From assembly GCA_951406725.2 (NCBI GenBank), contig OX597832.1, positions 45,818,001 to 45,882,000 on the forward strand: a stretch of 64,000 bases of DNA. The letters run 5' to 3'. This document shows positions 1-14,807 of the stretch, piece after piece (within the stretch, counting starts at the first letter, position 1; each line of letters begins with the position of its first letter). The position numbers and the translations under genes are program-made. This DNA is from Octopus vulgaris. Taxonomy: Eukaryota. The notes under the pieces are model-generated. The model was not told where the DNA came from, searched no databases, and worked only from the letters and a program-made list of their open reading frames with translations.

Positions 1-219
1 TTATTTACATCAAAAAGGTGCTTTTTTTTCTATGAAAATCCCTATTTTTTACGATTTTTTGACTTCTGTATCGCCGTTGTTCGGTGTATTTCGACCAGAA
101 AAATGTTCACTTAAAGAAAATAACAAGGTACATAATGCAAAATTTTTACTTTTCAAAAATTCCAATTATAAAGAGTCGGAAAGAAAACAAACCCGAGCAA
201 CGCCGGGCGATACTGCTAG
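1..219 (+). mobile_element. 3' part of a non-autonomous Helitron-type element (5' end lies outside the window)
   Basis: GC-rich hairpin CCCGAGCAACGCCGGG (192-207) followed by CTAG|T (216-219). The same terminus is seen at 25633-25665. Confidence 0.7.
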
Positions 220-3200
220 TTTTATTATAAATGCGAAATAACACCACTGATGAATAGACGTAAGCTTAAATAATAAACATGCGATAGGTGAACCGCGCTA
301 TGGCGAGGGATGACTGTATATGAATGATGAAGATTGTCTCCGTAGCTTTTAAGTGACTGAGAACCCCTGACCCAGGTGATTATTTTGAACGGAGTCAATT
401 AATGCAACGGAAAGATATAAATGTCACATTTAATACCATGCTGTACATGTGTACATTTGTGAACCCATTTTCGCTGTACAGTATCAACAATAAATATCTC
501 CATTCTCACTAATTATATCCTGTCATTTGCTTCATAATGCTTCGATAAATTTACAGATACGTACTTCAAAGTACTGTATTGATTTAAGAAGTAAGTATAT
601 TATTCTCGGAATTAATTGGATATTTCTGATGTATTATTTATGATATACGTTATTCAGAGAGAAGAATTTTATAAAGGTTTCTATCTGACATTGAAACTTT
701 ACTAAATACTTTTATCGTTTAAAGTATTATTCAAAATATTATTAAGGGTTAAAAGAAATATTTTAATTTCATTTTGAAAATACAGATAAAAAATATACTT
801 TTGACATGCTTTCATGCGTAGTTGCGTAGTTGCTGCGGTTATATTTCGCATCCGTTTTTGAGGGTATTCCAGAGCTTAAATTGTTTTAGAAATATTAGAG
901 AACCATAACACAGACATATCGACAAATGATGCAGCACGAAGATTTGTCAGTGAACAGGTCGCGGTCTCAAAGCGACGAAAATATTTTGAAAAATTAAATT
1001 TAGATGATGAAGTGTATCTAACGGTTTTTGTGTGTTTCTTAAATGGCTTATAAATACCTTCCATGCTGCAATTGTTTTCGTTCGAGCACACAATCTCAGA
1101 TCTGGTCACTTACTATGCAAGTACATCTCCGATAATTATATCAATTTCTTTTTACTCGCAATACTGTGAAACGTCTAATAGGGATGTCAAGATTTCTCTA
1201 ACAAGGTACATTTTGGGGAATCCTATTTGCGAATTTATCTCAAATTTCTGAGGACGAAATATATCACATGGAACCTAACAGAAAAAGTTTAACTCCTCCC
1301 GAAGAGGCTCTTTATAACCATGTCATAAAAACATCGAACGATGGGCAACTCACACAAGCAGGACAGCAATGGTATCTAAATTGAAGAGGTACAAGTTCAT
1401 TAGTATGTTATGAAGTGACCGGATATGCTAAAATCAGCGAGTGAAACAAAATTGCTAAGTAGATAATTAAATAAACTCACCCGACTTCACTTTACCATTG
1501 AGGACGTTCTTTCCTGTACCAAAAACACCCTGCATTGGTAGCATAACCATCGTACGATCTCAGCAACCGCTAACAATAAACACCTACAATATTAGTTACC
1601 AGCAGAAATCTTTGCTTCTCCAAATTACATCAAGGCTCAGAGTCATTCTTCATTTCTATAAGATGACGTACAACCAGACCAGTTCACTTATCTAAGCTTT
1701 TCTGAAGGCATTAAAAAATTAAAACAGTATTTGAAGAAACATATTTAAGATCTAACTCCTAATAAGATTACTGCCAAAACATCTCATTGTGAACGGATGA
1801 GGATTTTAGTGTTATACTTCGACTAATAATTTATACTAATCTTTTATAAAACTCTCTGCAGTAACATCTCCTTTAAAACACAGGTGAATTAAGTATAGTT
1901 AATTACATTATATATAAGAAGATATGAGGAAGAAAAACTTTGGCTGTAATTCCTTTCCAGATTCTAAAGCTAATATTTACAATAACATTGAGAATACCCT
2001 TAACTGATGTGGTTAAATAAGCCAGATTTATTTCCTACTGCATTCTATATATAATTTGATTCTGAAATTCTGAAATACTCCATTGCATTTTTGGATAAAA
2101 AAATTTAATTTAAACAATGTTTTATTTTTCTCGTCACTTATGGCGTACATTTTGTAAAAGAAAATATCTTGGCTCACCACATCTGATTTTTATTTTACAC
2201 TTTATTACTTAACAGGCAACAAGGGGCGTCTTTCTGAAGTCATTCTTTTAAATTATCCCGTATCTCGGCGTTTATTTACGAATAAACTATATTCTCCCTG
2301 GTCATACTAAAATATGGCTTTCACTAAGCCGCCAGGGTTAGATTTCATAAGACCTAAACATATCTGATGTTGACACTCTACTGCTAAAGATGAGATTCCC
2401 CACCTCTATAGAAGACAGTGAACCATTACAAATAAACTTGCGGCATGGCTGTGATGTACTTGCGGGCTAATTGAGAGAAACGTTACTGCTGCGAAAATTA
2501 TACTTTAAGTTACTTTTTCCGGTTCAGTAAATTCGGAGTTCAAAACTCGTCGAGGTCAACTTTACTCTTCTCTCCTTCGCGGTCAGTATAATAAAGTAGC
2601 AACTTGATACTAGCGTTTAAATCTTCTCTTAAAAATTGTTGGCCTTATACCTATATGATAAAGCATATAACGACCAACTTATGCTAGTTGGACTCACATA
2701 TAATTGACTTAGAGTTGTTGTTTTTCAGAGCCATTCAGTCATAAACTGAACTTACGGCCACAGTTTTTCCATATATGACCATTTCGACTGCCGTTCAGAC
2801 TACACCATCGACTGCATCCTATTTTAAGAGAACTAAGTCTGATTTGAAGGACTTTTGGCTGCTATGTCTAGTAGGTTTTGGCCTCACGCTGGGGAGCTCC
2901 TTTGCAATCATAGGTGATGCTTGTAAGTCAAAATTGTCTCAGTCACTTGATGATCTTGAGAATATAAAAGCGCTACGTCCAAGTTTTTTTCTGGGAGAAC
3001 AACACCTACTGTATGCTACCACCCTATCCAGAAGAAACTCGTTTCTCGTTTCTCAATGAAACAGTAAAACCCCTGTTTCCAGTAAGACTTGTAGAAAGCA
3101 AATGAAATAATTAAATAAATAAATGGTTGATATTGAAACTGAAGACCGAAAGCCGTTTATGTTATAATAAAATAAGATATTATTTCTTATCAAGAGAAGT

Positions 3201-3645
3201 GTTTACACGAGAAGTTTCGCCAAACATGTGATTGGAATCTGATAACAATATCTAAGCTTGGATACTGTACAGTATAATGACGTTAGTTGTGACTAATTAT
3301 TCAGCCTTAATTGGCGCTGGAACATGGTTTTAATGACGAAGAGCGGCCAGTTCACATCAGTAATATCAATGTTGGCAAAGAAAAAGTACCGAGAAACAAT
3401 TAGTGTAAATTCGATGAATTACGAACGCCTATCGATACACAAATTCCACAAATTAAGAGTTACACGGTATCCAGCTTGCCTAGTTTCTATCGCTCACTGA
3501 AACTCAGCAAATGATAGAAAGAAGATAAGAAAAAGAAAATATATAAGAAAAGGAAAGAAATATTGTTTTATTTTAATTCGCTTACCTTGCTGTCAATATG
3601 CATAATTTGATAAACCTTAATGAATGATTGAAATAAAAATAGACT

Positions 3646-3956
<311 letters not shown>

Positions 3957-4475
3957 AGATTATTAGTAGCAAGTGTATGTGATTGTGTGCGTGCGTGCAT
4001 GTGTGTGTATGTAAGGGAAGGTTTCAACGATTTTATTAGTAAGTACTGAAGTGAACGGGATTTCGAAATTATATTCACATCTACAAGGCATTTTTAATGT
4101 TTCGAATTAATATATCATGTACGTATTTTGTTTTGCCGGGAAAATGAAAATAGATTTAACACCGATTCAGTGCAGAAGAGAAAAGGAAAAACATGAGATG
4201 GATGGCAAATATGACGCAGAAAATAAAATAAAAATGAAATAATATAGAGAACGAAGCACAATAATATCTACAGCTATATCGAAAATTTCATTAAGAGTAG
4301 GAACAAATCATTCTCAACGTTGCAGTCTACGATATTATCTTTATAGCAAAATAAGCATTTTGAGATATGTCTATAAAATATAGCAAAGTTTCGCTTTTAC
4401 AAAATTTACTTATTTTATTGTCGTATTTTGGAATCGGTTCATTTTTAGCGTTGTAATAAATGCATTTTGTCTTCA

Positions 4476-4710
4476 TTTATTTGTTTCAGTCATTGGACTG
4501 CGGCCTTGCTGGGTGGGTGGGTGGGGTGGTGTGGGGGCACGGTAATTGAAGGGTTTTAATCGAACAAATCGACGGCTGGACTTATGGCTTTCTTTTTACG
4601 TCTGTTACGTATTCAACTGTTAACTCTTGTCGAAAAAAAAAGACGTAAACAATCTAACATCGGGTTTTTCAAGCAACGAGTTTGGCAAGCACAAACACAC
4701 ACACACACAC
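4476..4710 (-). mobile_element. Degenerate 3' half of SINE family A
   Basis: TTTCAGTCATTGGACTGCGGCCTTGCTGG matches the reverse complement of the family-A tail seen at 25000-25040 and 18930-18990. Confidence 0.6.
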
Positions 4711-4744
4711 GCACACACACACAAACACAGATAGACAGACAGAC

Positions 4745-4815
<71 letters not shown>

Positions 4816-4819
4816 CATA

Positions 4820-4986
4820 GGCGCAGGCATGGCCCTGTGGTAAGAAGCTTGCTTCCCCCAACACATGGTTCCTTGGTTCAGTCACGTTGCGTGTCACCTT
4901 GGGAAAATTTTGGTCGATCAGAGGTTATACTCTGATACTATAGCCTCGGACCGACCAAAATTTTGTGAAGGGATTTGGTAGACAGA

Positions 4987-5022
<36 letters not shown>

Positions 5023-5240
5023 ATGTGTGTACATACATATTTATGTGTGTGTGTTTGTGTCTGATTGTCCCCACCCACCATCCGATATTGATGTGTTTAC
5101 ATCGCCGTATCTTAGCGGTTCGGCAGAAGAAACCAATAGAATAAGCACCAGGCTAACAAATAATAAGCCATGGGCTAGTTTTCGTTGACTAAAAGGCGCT
5201 GCTCCAGCATGGCTGCTGTCAAATAACTGCCGCGAGTAAA
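4820..5240 (+). mobile_element. tRNA-derived SINE family A (CORE-like segment, internal TA/TG microsatellite), near full length
   Basis: Head GGCGCAGGCATGGCC...TGGTAAG (A-box-like), GGTTCAGTC (B-box-like), CACCTTGGG, internal (TA)(TG)n and tail GCTCCAGCATGGCTGCTGTCAAAT. Homologous to 24648-25045. Confidence 0.8.
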
Positions 5241-5494
5241 TCTAACACTGGGTTTTTCAAGCGGTGTATGTTGCAAACACAGGCACTCAATGTACACACA
5301 CAAAGACCCACACACCCAATGGATTCCATACAGTTTCTATTTTACTATTTTATCAAATCCTCTGAAAAGGCACTGCATTGGTCGGCCCCGGGCTCTAATG
5401 GAAAAGACATGCCCAAGGTGCCCTGCACTACGACTGAACGCAAAACCATGTGGTTGCAAAACGGACTTCTTAACCACAGAGCTATGTTTGCGCC
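5241..5494 (-). mobile_element. 5' half of SINE family A, inverted relative to the previous copy
   Basis: GCCCAAGGTGCC...AACCATGTGGTTG...TTTGCGCCT is the reverse complement of the family-A head. Confidence 0.7.
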
Positions 5495-6204
5495 TAAATT
5501 TCTTTGTGATTTTATTCAGATTTCTGTTGTGAATGAAGACAGCATTGATATTTAGCAACTATGAATGTCATCAAATTTATAATTCATATCTATAAAATTC
5601 CGAGCTACCCATTCATCATTGAATATTTGCAAAGATCAGCGAGTTCACGTAATGTGAAGAAAACAATTTATAATTGAGTTCGTTATTTTGCAAACTTAAA
5701 CATTATTAGCCTTCGTTATAACTGAGCGATGAAATCAAGAGCCGAGCACAAAAATGAAACCAAACATATATGAATCAGTGCAATAAAAATTGTCAGAAAT
5801 AATTACATCTTGAAATTTGAATTTATCAGTTCAAAAATTTGGGACGTGTTAATATAATGCATAGTATATCCATATTCTTGCGATTTATCATCTCCATTAT
5901 ATGAATTTTAGGCATGATTATTAGTTTTCTGGTTATTACATTTTCTATAAAATCACAGCAGTTAAAATACGAAAAATATTATAGCTTTAATTCTATCGAC
6001 CAAACAACTCTTATTCTTCATAAAGAAAATCGTAAGACCAAGTGAGTTACCAATGAACAAGATACGTAGGAAGGTAGAGTTCATATTATTTCATGTTATG
6101 AAAAATTGCGTTCCTTTCTATGATTGAGCTGAAGGTCAAATCAAGATCGAGCTGTAGTTATGCAATTTTGATGTACAAAAACGCAGTAACAAGTATATTA
6201 TATA

Positions 6205-6384
6205 CTAGCACTATGACCCGGCGTTGCCTAAGGCGACTAAAGTCGATATTCAGCACCAGTATTGCTAGAAATAAAACCCAAATTAACTCATATCCACAAT
6301 GACACACCGTCTTATTTACAGACATCGGGCGTAATAGACCACCAGTAATTTCGAGTTTACATTAAGGCTTGTTAGTGGCTCTCA

Positions 6385-6432
<48 letters not shown>

Positions 6433-7445
6433 ACACACATGTATATATGTATATATACTTGGTGTATTAAGGCTATCATCGGTTTCATATTCAGACGACA
6501 TCTTGACAATTTCGAAGCCGATGACTTGGAGAAATTGGTGGGCGTCTCCATTTTAGATTAAAATACCAATGTGGTGTTGAGCACTCATTCCCATTGTTCG
6601 ACATTTACATATGTACACACACACGCACACACACGCACACACACATGTATATAACGTACATATTATTTGTTGAGGTGTACAGATTGTATATTAATAAAAA
6701 AAGGCAGTCAGAAGATAGATACATACCATTTATTGAGTGAATGCATCCCGTTGAGTGATTCATTAGGAATAGTGTTCTATTAAATGTTTATCCATTCTGT
6801 GTGTATATGACTTAGTTGAAAAAAGCCAAGAACACAATCTGTTTTCTTGGGTTTGGAAACAAAAAAACCCTCTTTTGGGAATGATCATTTGAGATGTTCT
6901 TTGTTAAGAATTATATGTGTATAGGTGTGTGCAATGAAGTTTTAAAAATAACATATATGAATATTTTTTGAGGTTTGTTTGGAGAGGAAAAAATACAAAC
7001 ATAGAAAAATAAAGAGGTATTTGTTAGATGGTTGCTTTAATGACAGGTGAAGAAAGGTCAAACATTTTTATCCATTCGAATAAGTTGTTGCTTTTAGTCA
7101 TTGAAAGACTGATAGGTTCTTTGGTAGGGCTTTTAGGCTAATCAGTTGCTTCGAATAGCTTTTAAATATGTATATGTGAGTGAATGTGTGCGCTGTGTTG
7201 ATTGTAACGGTAAAATTATAGTGAATTCTACAGCCTAGAAGCTAACCATAAAACCTTAAAAGCATCAATTCATTGCAACTGATAAAAAAATTTGAACTCT
7301 TGGTCTGTCATCAGATCAACCATCGCAGAAAGCACCTCTTAATATCTCTATTTTCGCCTACTTTTCTTTATTTTCTTCTAATTTTCTACCAAACCTCTAA
7401 AAATCTATCATATATGCTTTGTTCAAAATTTACCTCTCACACACA

Positions 7446-7476
<31 letters not shown>

Positions 7477-7492
7477 GTACATGACATATAGA
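6205..7492 (-). mobile_element. Probable non-autonomous Helitron-type element
   Basis: On the minus strand it starts A|TCTATATG followed by (GT)n at 7492 and ends CCTTAGGCAACGCCGGG hairpin...GTGCTAG|T at 6205. The 3' end resembles the Helitron ends at 219 and 25665. The 5' end is less certain. Confidence 0.5.
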
Positions 7493-7876
7493 TTCAAATT
7501 AACGAAGAACATTTCAACTAACGTCTACCGGATCACACTTTTTTTTCCTTCCAAAACACAGGAAAAAAATTGAACTCATAATTTGTTTCGACCAACTCAC
7601 ATACATAAAAAAAGGATACGTTTTCCATAACCTACTAGTAATGATCAATCCCTAAATGGGATGAAAGCGATGGATAATTAGCATTCATCCAAATCCTGAC
7701 AACCTTCGCTTGTACATAGATATACACACACGCACACAAACCAGTGAGCTGCCAGAATCGTCAGCAGGATGAACAAAATGCTTGGCAGCAATTCGTCCAT
7801 CTTTATCTTCTGAGATCATATTCTGCTTGCTTCTCCTTTGAACTTGCTGGTCTTGTGCCAAACGTTTCAAACCAAT

Positions 7877-8257
<381 letters not shown>

Positions 8258-8300
8258 TAGGCGCAGACATGGCCGTGTGGTAAGAAGCTTGTTTGGTAAG

Positions 8301-9069
8301 GCAGCGAGCTGGCAGAAACGTTAGCACGCCGGGCGAAATGCTTAGCCGTGTTTCGTCTGCCGCTACGTTCTGAGTTCAAATTCCGCCGAGGTCGACTTTA
8401 CCTTTCATCCTTTCGGGGTCGATAAATTAAGTACCAGTTACGCACTGGGGTCGATATAATCAACTTAATCTGTCTGTCTGTCCTTGTTTGTCCTCTCTGT
8501 GTTTAGCCCCTTGTGGGTAGTAAAGAAATAGGTATTTCGTCTGCCGTTACGTTCGCCGAGGTCGACTTTGCCTTTCATCCTTTCGGAGTCAATAAATTAA
8601 ATACCAGTTACGCACTGGGGTCGATATAATCGACTTAATCTGTTTGTCTGTCCTTGTTTGTCCCCTCTGTGTTTAGCCCCTTGTGGGTAGAAAAGAAATA
8701 GGCATTTCGTCTGCCGTTACGTTCTGAGTTCAAATTCCGCCGAGATCAACTTTGCCTTTCATCCTTTCGGGGTCGATTAAATAAGTACCAGTTACGCACT
8801 GGGGTCAATATAGTCGACTTAACCCGTTTGTCTGTCCTCGTTTGTCCTCTCTGTGTTTAGCCCCTTGTGGGTAGAAAAGAAATAGGCATTTCGTCTGCCG
8901 TTACGTTCTGAGTTCAAATTCCGCCGAGGTCGAATTTGTCTTTCACCCTTTCGGGGTCGATAAATTAAGTACTAGTTGCGCACTGGGGTCGATGTAATCG
9001 ACTTAATCCGGTTGTCTGTCCTTGTTTGTCCCCTCTGTGTTTAGCCCCCTGTGGGCAATAGAGAAATAA
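8301..9069 (+). mobile_element. SINE family B as a tandem tetramer (single head plus four ~184-bp units), nested in a family-A head
   Basis: Head GCAGCGAGCTGGCAGAAACGTTAGCACG; units start at 8351, 8535, 8705 and 8889. The core GCCTTTCATCCTTTCGGGGTCGATAAATTAAGTACCAG resembles the Meta-SINE central domain as I recall it. Family-A head pieces lie at 8260-8292 and 9068-9103. Confidence 0.85.
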
Positions 9070-9259
9070 GGAGCTTGCTTCCCCCACCACATGGTTCCAG
9101 GTTGTGTTTAGACTCACCTTAAAATAACAGCAGTATAGTGCTACGCGAATAGGTACGAGAAATGTGATTGATAAAACAGAGGAAGACATTTGAAGCACAT
9201 ACACACACACACAGACACACACACACACACACTCACACATATGCTCGGACACCTTGTAT

Positions 9260-9648
9260 GGTGGAAGTACTCCGTCGGTTACGACGACGAGGGTTCCGGT
9301 TGATCCGAATCAACGGAACAGCCTGCTCGTGAAATTAACGTGTAAGTGGCTGAGCACTCCACAGACACGTGCACCCTTAACGTACTTCTCGGGGATATTC
9401 AACGTGACACAGAGAGTGAAAAGGCCGGCCCTTTGAAATACAGGTACAACAGAAACAGGAAGTAAGAGTGAGAGAAAGTTGTGGTAAAAGAGTACAGCAG
9501 GGATCACCACCATCCCCTGCCGGAGCCTCGTGGAGCTTTTAGGTGTTTTCGCTCAATAAACACTCACAACGCCCGGTCTGGGAAACGAAACCGCGATCCT
9601 ATGACCGCGAGTCCACTGCCCTAACTACTGGGCCATTGCGCCTCCACT
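9260..9648 (-). mobile_element. tRNA-derived SINE (head H1 + tail T1), full length with an 11-bp TSD
   Basis: Minus-strand tRNA-like head GGAGGCGCAATGGCCCAGTAGTTAGGGC...GGTTTCGTTTCCC; TSD ACACCTTGTAT at 9249-9259 and 9649-9659. Confidence 0.85.
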
Positions 9649-10509
9649 ACACCTTGTATACAGTGTGGAACACACATGAAAATGAACATTGACATTCGAA
9701 CATTTACAACATTAATGAACGACAGCAGCGAGGACGACGACGAAACTGGCAAAATTGAGAAAGTAATAGAAAAATGTATACATCAAAAATAGTATACATT
9801 CAATAATTGTAAATTATCTGAACTGACGCTCTTGGCACCGAAAGAAATCTCCTCAACGTGACGGCTGTCTAATTGCGTTAATTATTAGAAGAATTTATTA
9901 TCAAAATTAATGTATACATCTGTTATCTCTGAGGTATCTTGTGCAGCGTTATCACTAGCTTACAGTACTGATCAACCATAAATTCTATGCAAGTATCTAC
10001 GAGTCCTAACAATGCGTGCAAACATACGGGTGAATAAATAAATGCTACTTGTGAGGATAAGCGATTTTAATTAACCGATGTTCCCCCAGAGGATTTATGC
10101 GATTAGATCGGACGGTATTTTTCTCCGTTGCTGTCTTATTTGAAACCTGTTAGACGGGAATCGAAGCATTTAGCCATTTAGACAGAATAGCGCTAATCAC
10201 AAATCACATGAAAATAGATTTACAGATTCTTCTAAACATTCTCTAATAACACGGAATACACACGAGAAATTGTCGTGATATCTCAAAACTTAATCTATCA
10301 TGTATTAGAGATGTTCGTATTTGGGTAAAATACTTTTAATGAATCCAATGACGTCACTTAAACGATTTTTGTCAGATAAAGCCTGGTTGTCATTAACAAC
10401 AGAAACGGTGAGCCGTAGGCCATTAGTTTCCACTTTTTCTCCTATATAAATCTCAATATGAACTAATAATTCTTTTTATATCTCCTGTTCTTCCTCTTAA
10501 ATACTTAAG

Positions 10510-10512
<3 letters not shown>

Positions 10513-10576
<64 letters not shown>
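10513..10576. repeat. (AAT)n microsatellite
   Basis: Directly visible. Confidence 0.95.
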
Positions 10577-10578
<2 letters not shown>

Positions 10579-10989
10579 ATAATAGTCAATTTGATGGCAG
10601 TAATGATGATCTAGTGTTGTATTGTTCAATGCGCATTATGTGTTCAGCTTAATAGCAGTATGGCTGACTGGTTAATAAAGTCATTTCGAAATCACAACAT
10701 CCCTATTTCGATTCCGTTCTAACGCTTTGAGTCGGTCCACGCCTTGTGAGTGAAACTCGGTAAAGAGAAACTATATTAAAGATCGTTGGATGACATGTAG
10801 CTTTAATTCAAAAGCCCAGTTTTATCAAATATAGTGTCAAGATGATTCTGCCTGGTGCTATATACTAAGCGAAAATATTCTAATGTTGTTTTCATCGTCT
10901 GCAGTCAGTTTGTCACTCCTTGAATCTGCAGCAATTTCTATTGCATAACATACCTTGTACAAACATAAACTCAAACAGAGACACACACT

Positions 10990-11024
<35 letters not shown>

Positions 11025-11353
11025 CTAACGTGTTGGACCATCTATAGTCTACTGAACTGAATATAGTAAATATTTATTTCTTTATTGCTCACAGTGGGCT
11101 AAACATAGAGGGGACAAACAAGGATAGAGAAAGGGATTAAGTCGATTACATCGACCCCAGGATATTTTTAAAGAGATCAGATTATATTTGTAAGGTTTCT
11201 AAATATCAAACGAAATAATCAATCTGGAAAAATAATACAACGTAGAATCAATTCCCATATATTAAAGAACATAAAATAAATTTGAGAAAAAATTATAGTT
11301 GATAAATTACAAGTGTCTTAAAATAGAGAATTGCTTTTCAATCACTCTGTGTG

Positions 11354-11415
<62 letters not shown>

Positions 11416-11560
11416 ATATCCTTGTTACTTATTTTCATTTTAATCACCTTATTTTGAAATTATATGGATAATGCCATACTAAATTCTGGTGCCTCAACAT
11501 AAGTACCGTGTCTCTCACTCTCTCTTTATATATATATATATAAGTATATGTGTGTGTGTG

Positions 11561-12727
<1,167 letters not shown>

Positions 12728-13489
12728 ATAGATAAGTAACAGTCGCACAATATAGATACATTCGTGCAAACAGCCATACATGATTTAATGTTTATAAATA
12801 ACATCAAGAATAATTCGGCCTGACATTCTATTGTAATAAATTTCTGCCAATCTGAAACAGTAAATGACAGGACAAACAATTTATACCAGAATTCATTTTA
12901 GATAAATTGAGACTAATATAAACAGACGAAAAAAACAACAACAAAGAAACAAAACCATAATGAAATAAAAATCAAAGAAATACAACTGAAGTATCTGAGA
13001 CGGAAATAAAATATAATTATTAGACAAAATATGATGGGACAGTTTTCAATCAGTGAAGTACAGAAATGTATAATAATAACAATTATTAAAAAACTAAGAA
13101 GAAAACGAGACGAAAAAAATGTGTACATTATGAAAGTGTTGACAGTTTCAAGTGTTTCGAGAAAGAACGAAATATGTAAGATGAATCAGTCTCGTTCAGA
13201 AATATATGAGTGACGCCATTTTGTTCGTTGCTCTACTTTTAATGATATCTACTGACACAATTGCCAAAGTAGTTCTTTCGCACAGAAGATCGTTCGTATA
13301 AACACACTGACAAAGCGTTAACAGATATTGCATGCAATCTATGAAAATTGTTTATGTCTTTTGCAAATAGGTGGGCGCCCGTCAGTAGTGTTAATAGTGA
13401 AACAAAACGATAGAAGAAACAAAAATTTAATAAAATTGCAAAGTCGATCAATCATTGCTGTTGTCTATTTATGAATTTAAGTTTGCGTG

Positions 13490-13611
13490 TATCTATATAC
13501 ATATACATATACATACATATATGTATATATATATATACATATATATACATACATATACATATATATATACATATACATAAATGTATGTATGTATGCATGT
13601 ATGTATGTATG

Positions 13612-13643
<32 letters not shown>

Positions 13644-13720
13644 AATATATATACAAGTATATATGAATGTATGTAGTATGCATGTTTGTATGTATGTATA
13701 TATATATATGTATATATATG

Positions 13721-13761
<41 letters not shown>

Positions 13762-13812
13762 GTCTGCATATATATATTTAGTTATGTATATATATATATG
13801 TGTATGTACGTT

Positions 13813-13893
<81 letters not shown>

Positions 13894-13941
13894 GTCTGCA
13901 TATATATATTTAGTTATGTATATATATATATATGTATATAC

Positions 13942-13986
<45 letters not shown>
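13490..13986. repeat. Degenerate (TA)n tract with an internal higher-order duplication
   Basis: The block TATGTCTGCATATATATATTTAGTTATG...TACGTTTATA occurs twice (about 13759 and 13891). Confidence 0.9.
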
Positions 13987-14170
13987 CCGGAGTAAACACA
14001 TAAATGTGAAACAAGGTGGGAAAAAAGAGTACTCAAATACCAGTGGTAGAGTAATAAGCTTTATTTAAAAGCAGCAGAAAATTCAACAAAACCTGTTACT
14101 CTGAGTTTCACGTTCCCGAAACTCAGAGTAACAACAGGTTTTGTTGAATTTTCTGCTGCTTTAAATAAAG
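13987..14170 (-). mobile_element. Penelope-like pseudo-LTR remnant (family H2) with an inverted arm, inside (TA)n
   Basis: Near-perfect hairpin 14059-14109 / 14118-14170. Carries the hammerhead 3' half ACG-GGAA-CGT-GAAA-C-TC-AGAG on the minus strand. Homolog at 43955-44052. Confidence 0.6.
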
Positions 14171-14180
14171 TATATATATT

Positions 14181-14225
<45 letters not shown>

Positions 14226-14226
<1 letters not shown>

Positions 14227-14470
14227 ACGGGAAGCTTTATGAAAATAGACAAAAGACGAAGGCAGGTTTACGGAAATAAACAAAAGACGAAGGCAGGTGG
14301 AATACAAACATACAATTGTATTAGTATGGCGCTCAGTAAATATAAATAAAACAAGTCTTTAACGTTTCGAGCCTACGCTCTTCAACAGAAAGATACACAG
14401 AGAAAAAACACAGAAAGAAGGAGAGAAAAAAATATGCGTGCAGAGGCTAGCGAATCAACATGGCGATCTG
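14226..14470 (-). mobile_element. Penelope-like pseudo-LTR remnant (family H1) inside (TA)n
   Basis: Homologous to 30914-31020 and 53171-53330; contains a minimal hammerhead motif; flanked by (TA)n. Confidence 0.65.
14356..14393 (-). ncRNA. Minimal type-I hammerhead-ribozyme-like motif with a variant core
   Basis: Minus strand: TCTTT-CTGTTGA-A-GAGC-GTAG-GCTC-GAAA-CG-TT-AAAGA. Stem I TCTTT/AAAGA, stem II GAGC/GCTC, palindromic minimal stem III. The core has U in place of the conserved A6. Confidence 0.55.
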
Positions 14471-14715
14471 TATATATATATATATATGTACATTTCAGCA
14501 TGCACTTTTCTCAATCTATCTATTTATCTATCTACCTATCTATGTGTTTGCCTGTCTGTCTATCCGTCTGTCTATACGCTTGTCTGTGTATGCATGTCTC
14601 GTTGTCTATCTGCCTGCATTCGTTTCATTCCTTTTCTTACTTTCTTTTTCAGTCTCTCTCAGAATTTATCCATTTTAAGCATAAATTTGTTTTTCACATT
14701 TTATATGCACGTATG

Positions 14716-14807
<92 letters not shown>

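Noticed and set aside
8351-9069. Regularly spaced repeats as a possible CRISPR array
   Set aside because: Whole 184-bp units repeat with no unique spacers, there are no cas genes, and the context is a eukaryotic SINE.
10345-10356. CCAAT plus TGACGTCA (CRE) motif; another TGACGTCA at 51496-51503
   Set aside because: One or two 8-mers in 64 kb is compatible with chance, and no linked gene start is identifiable.
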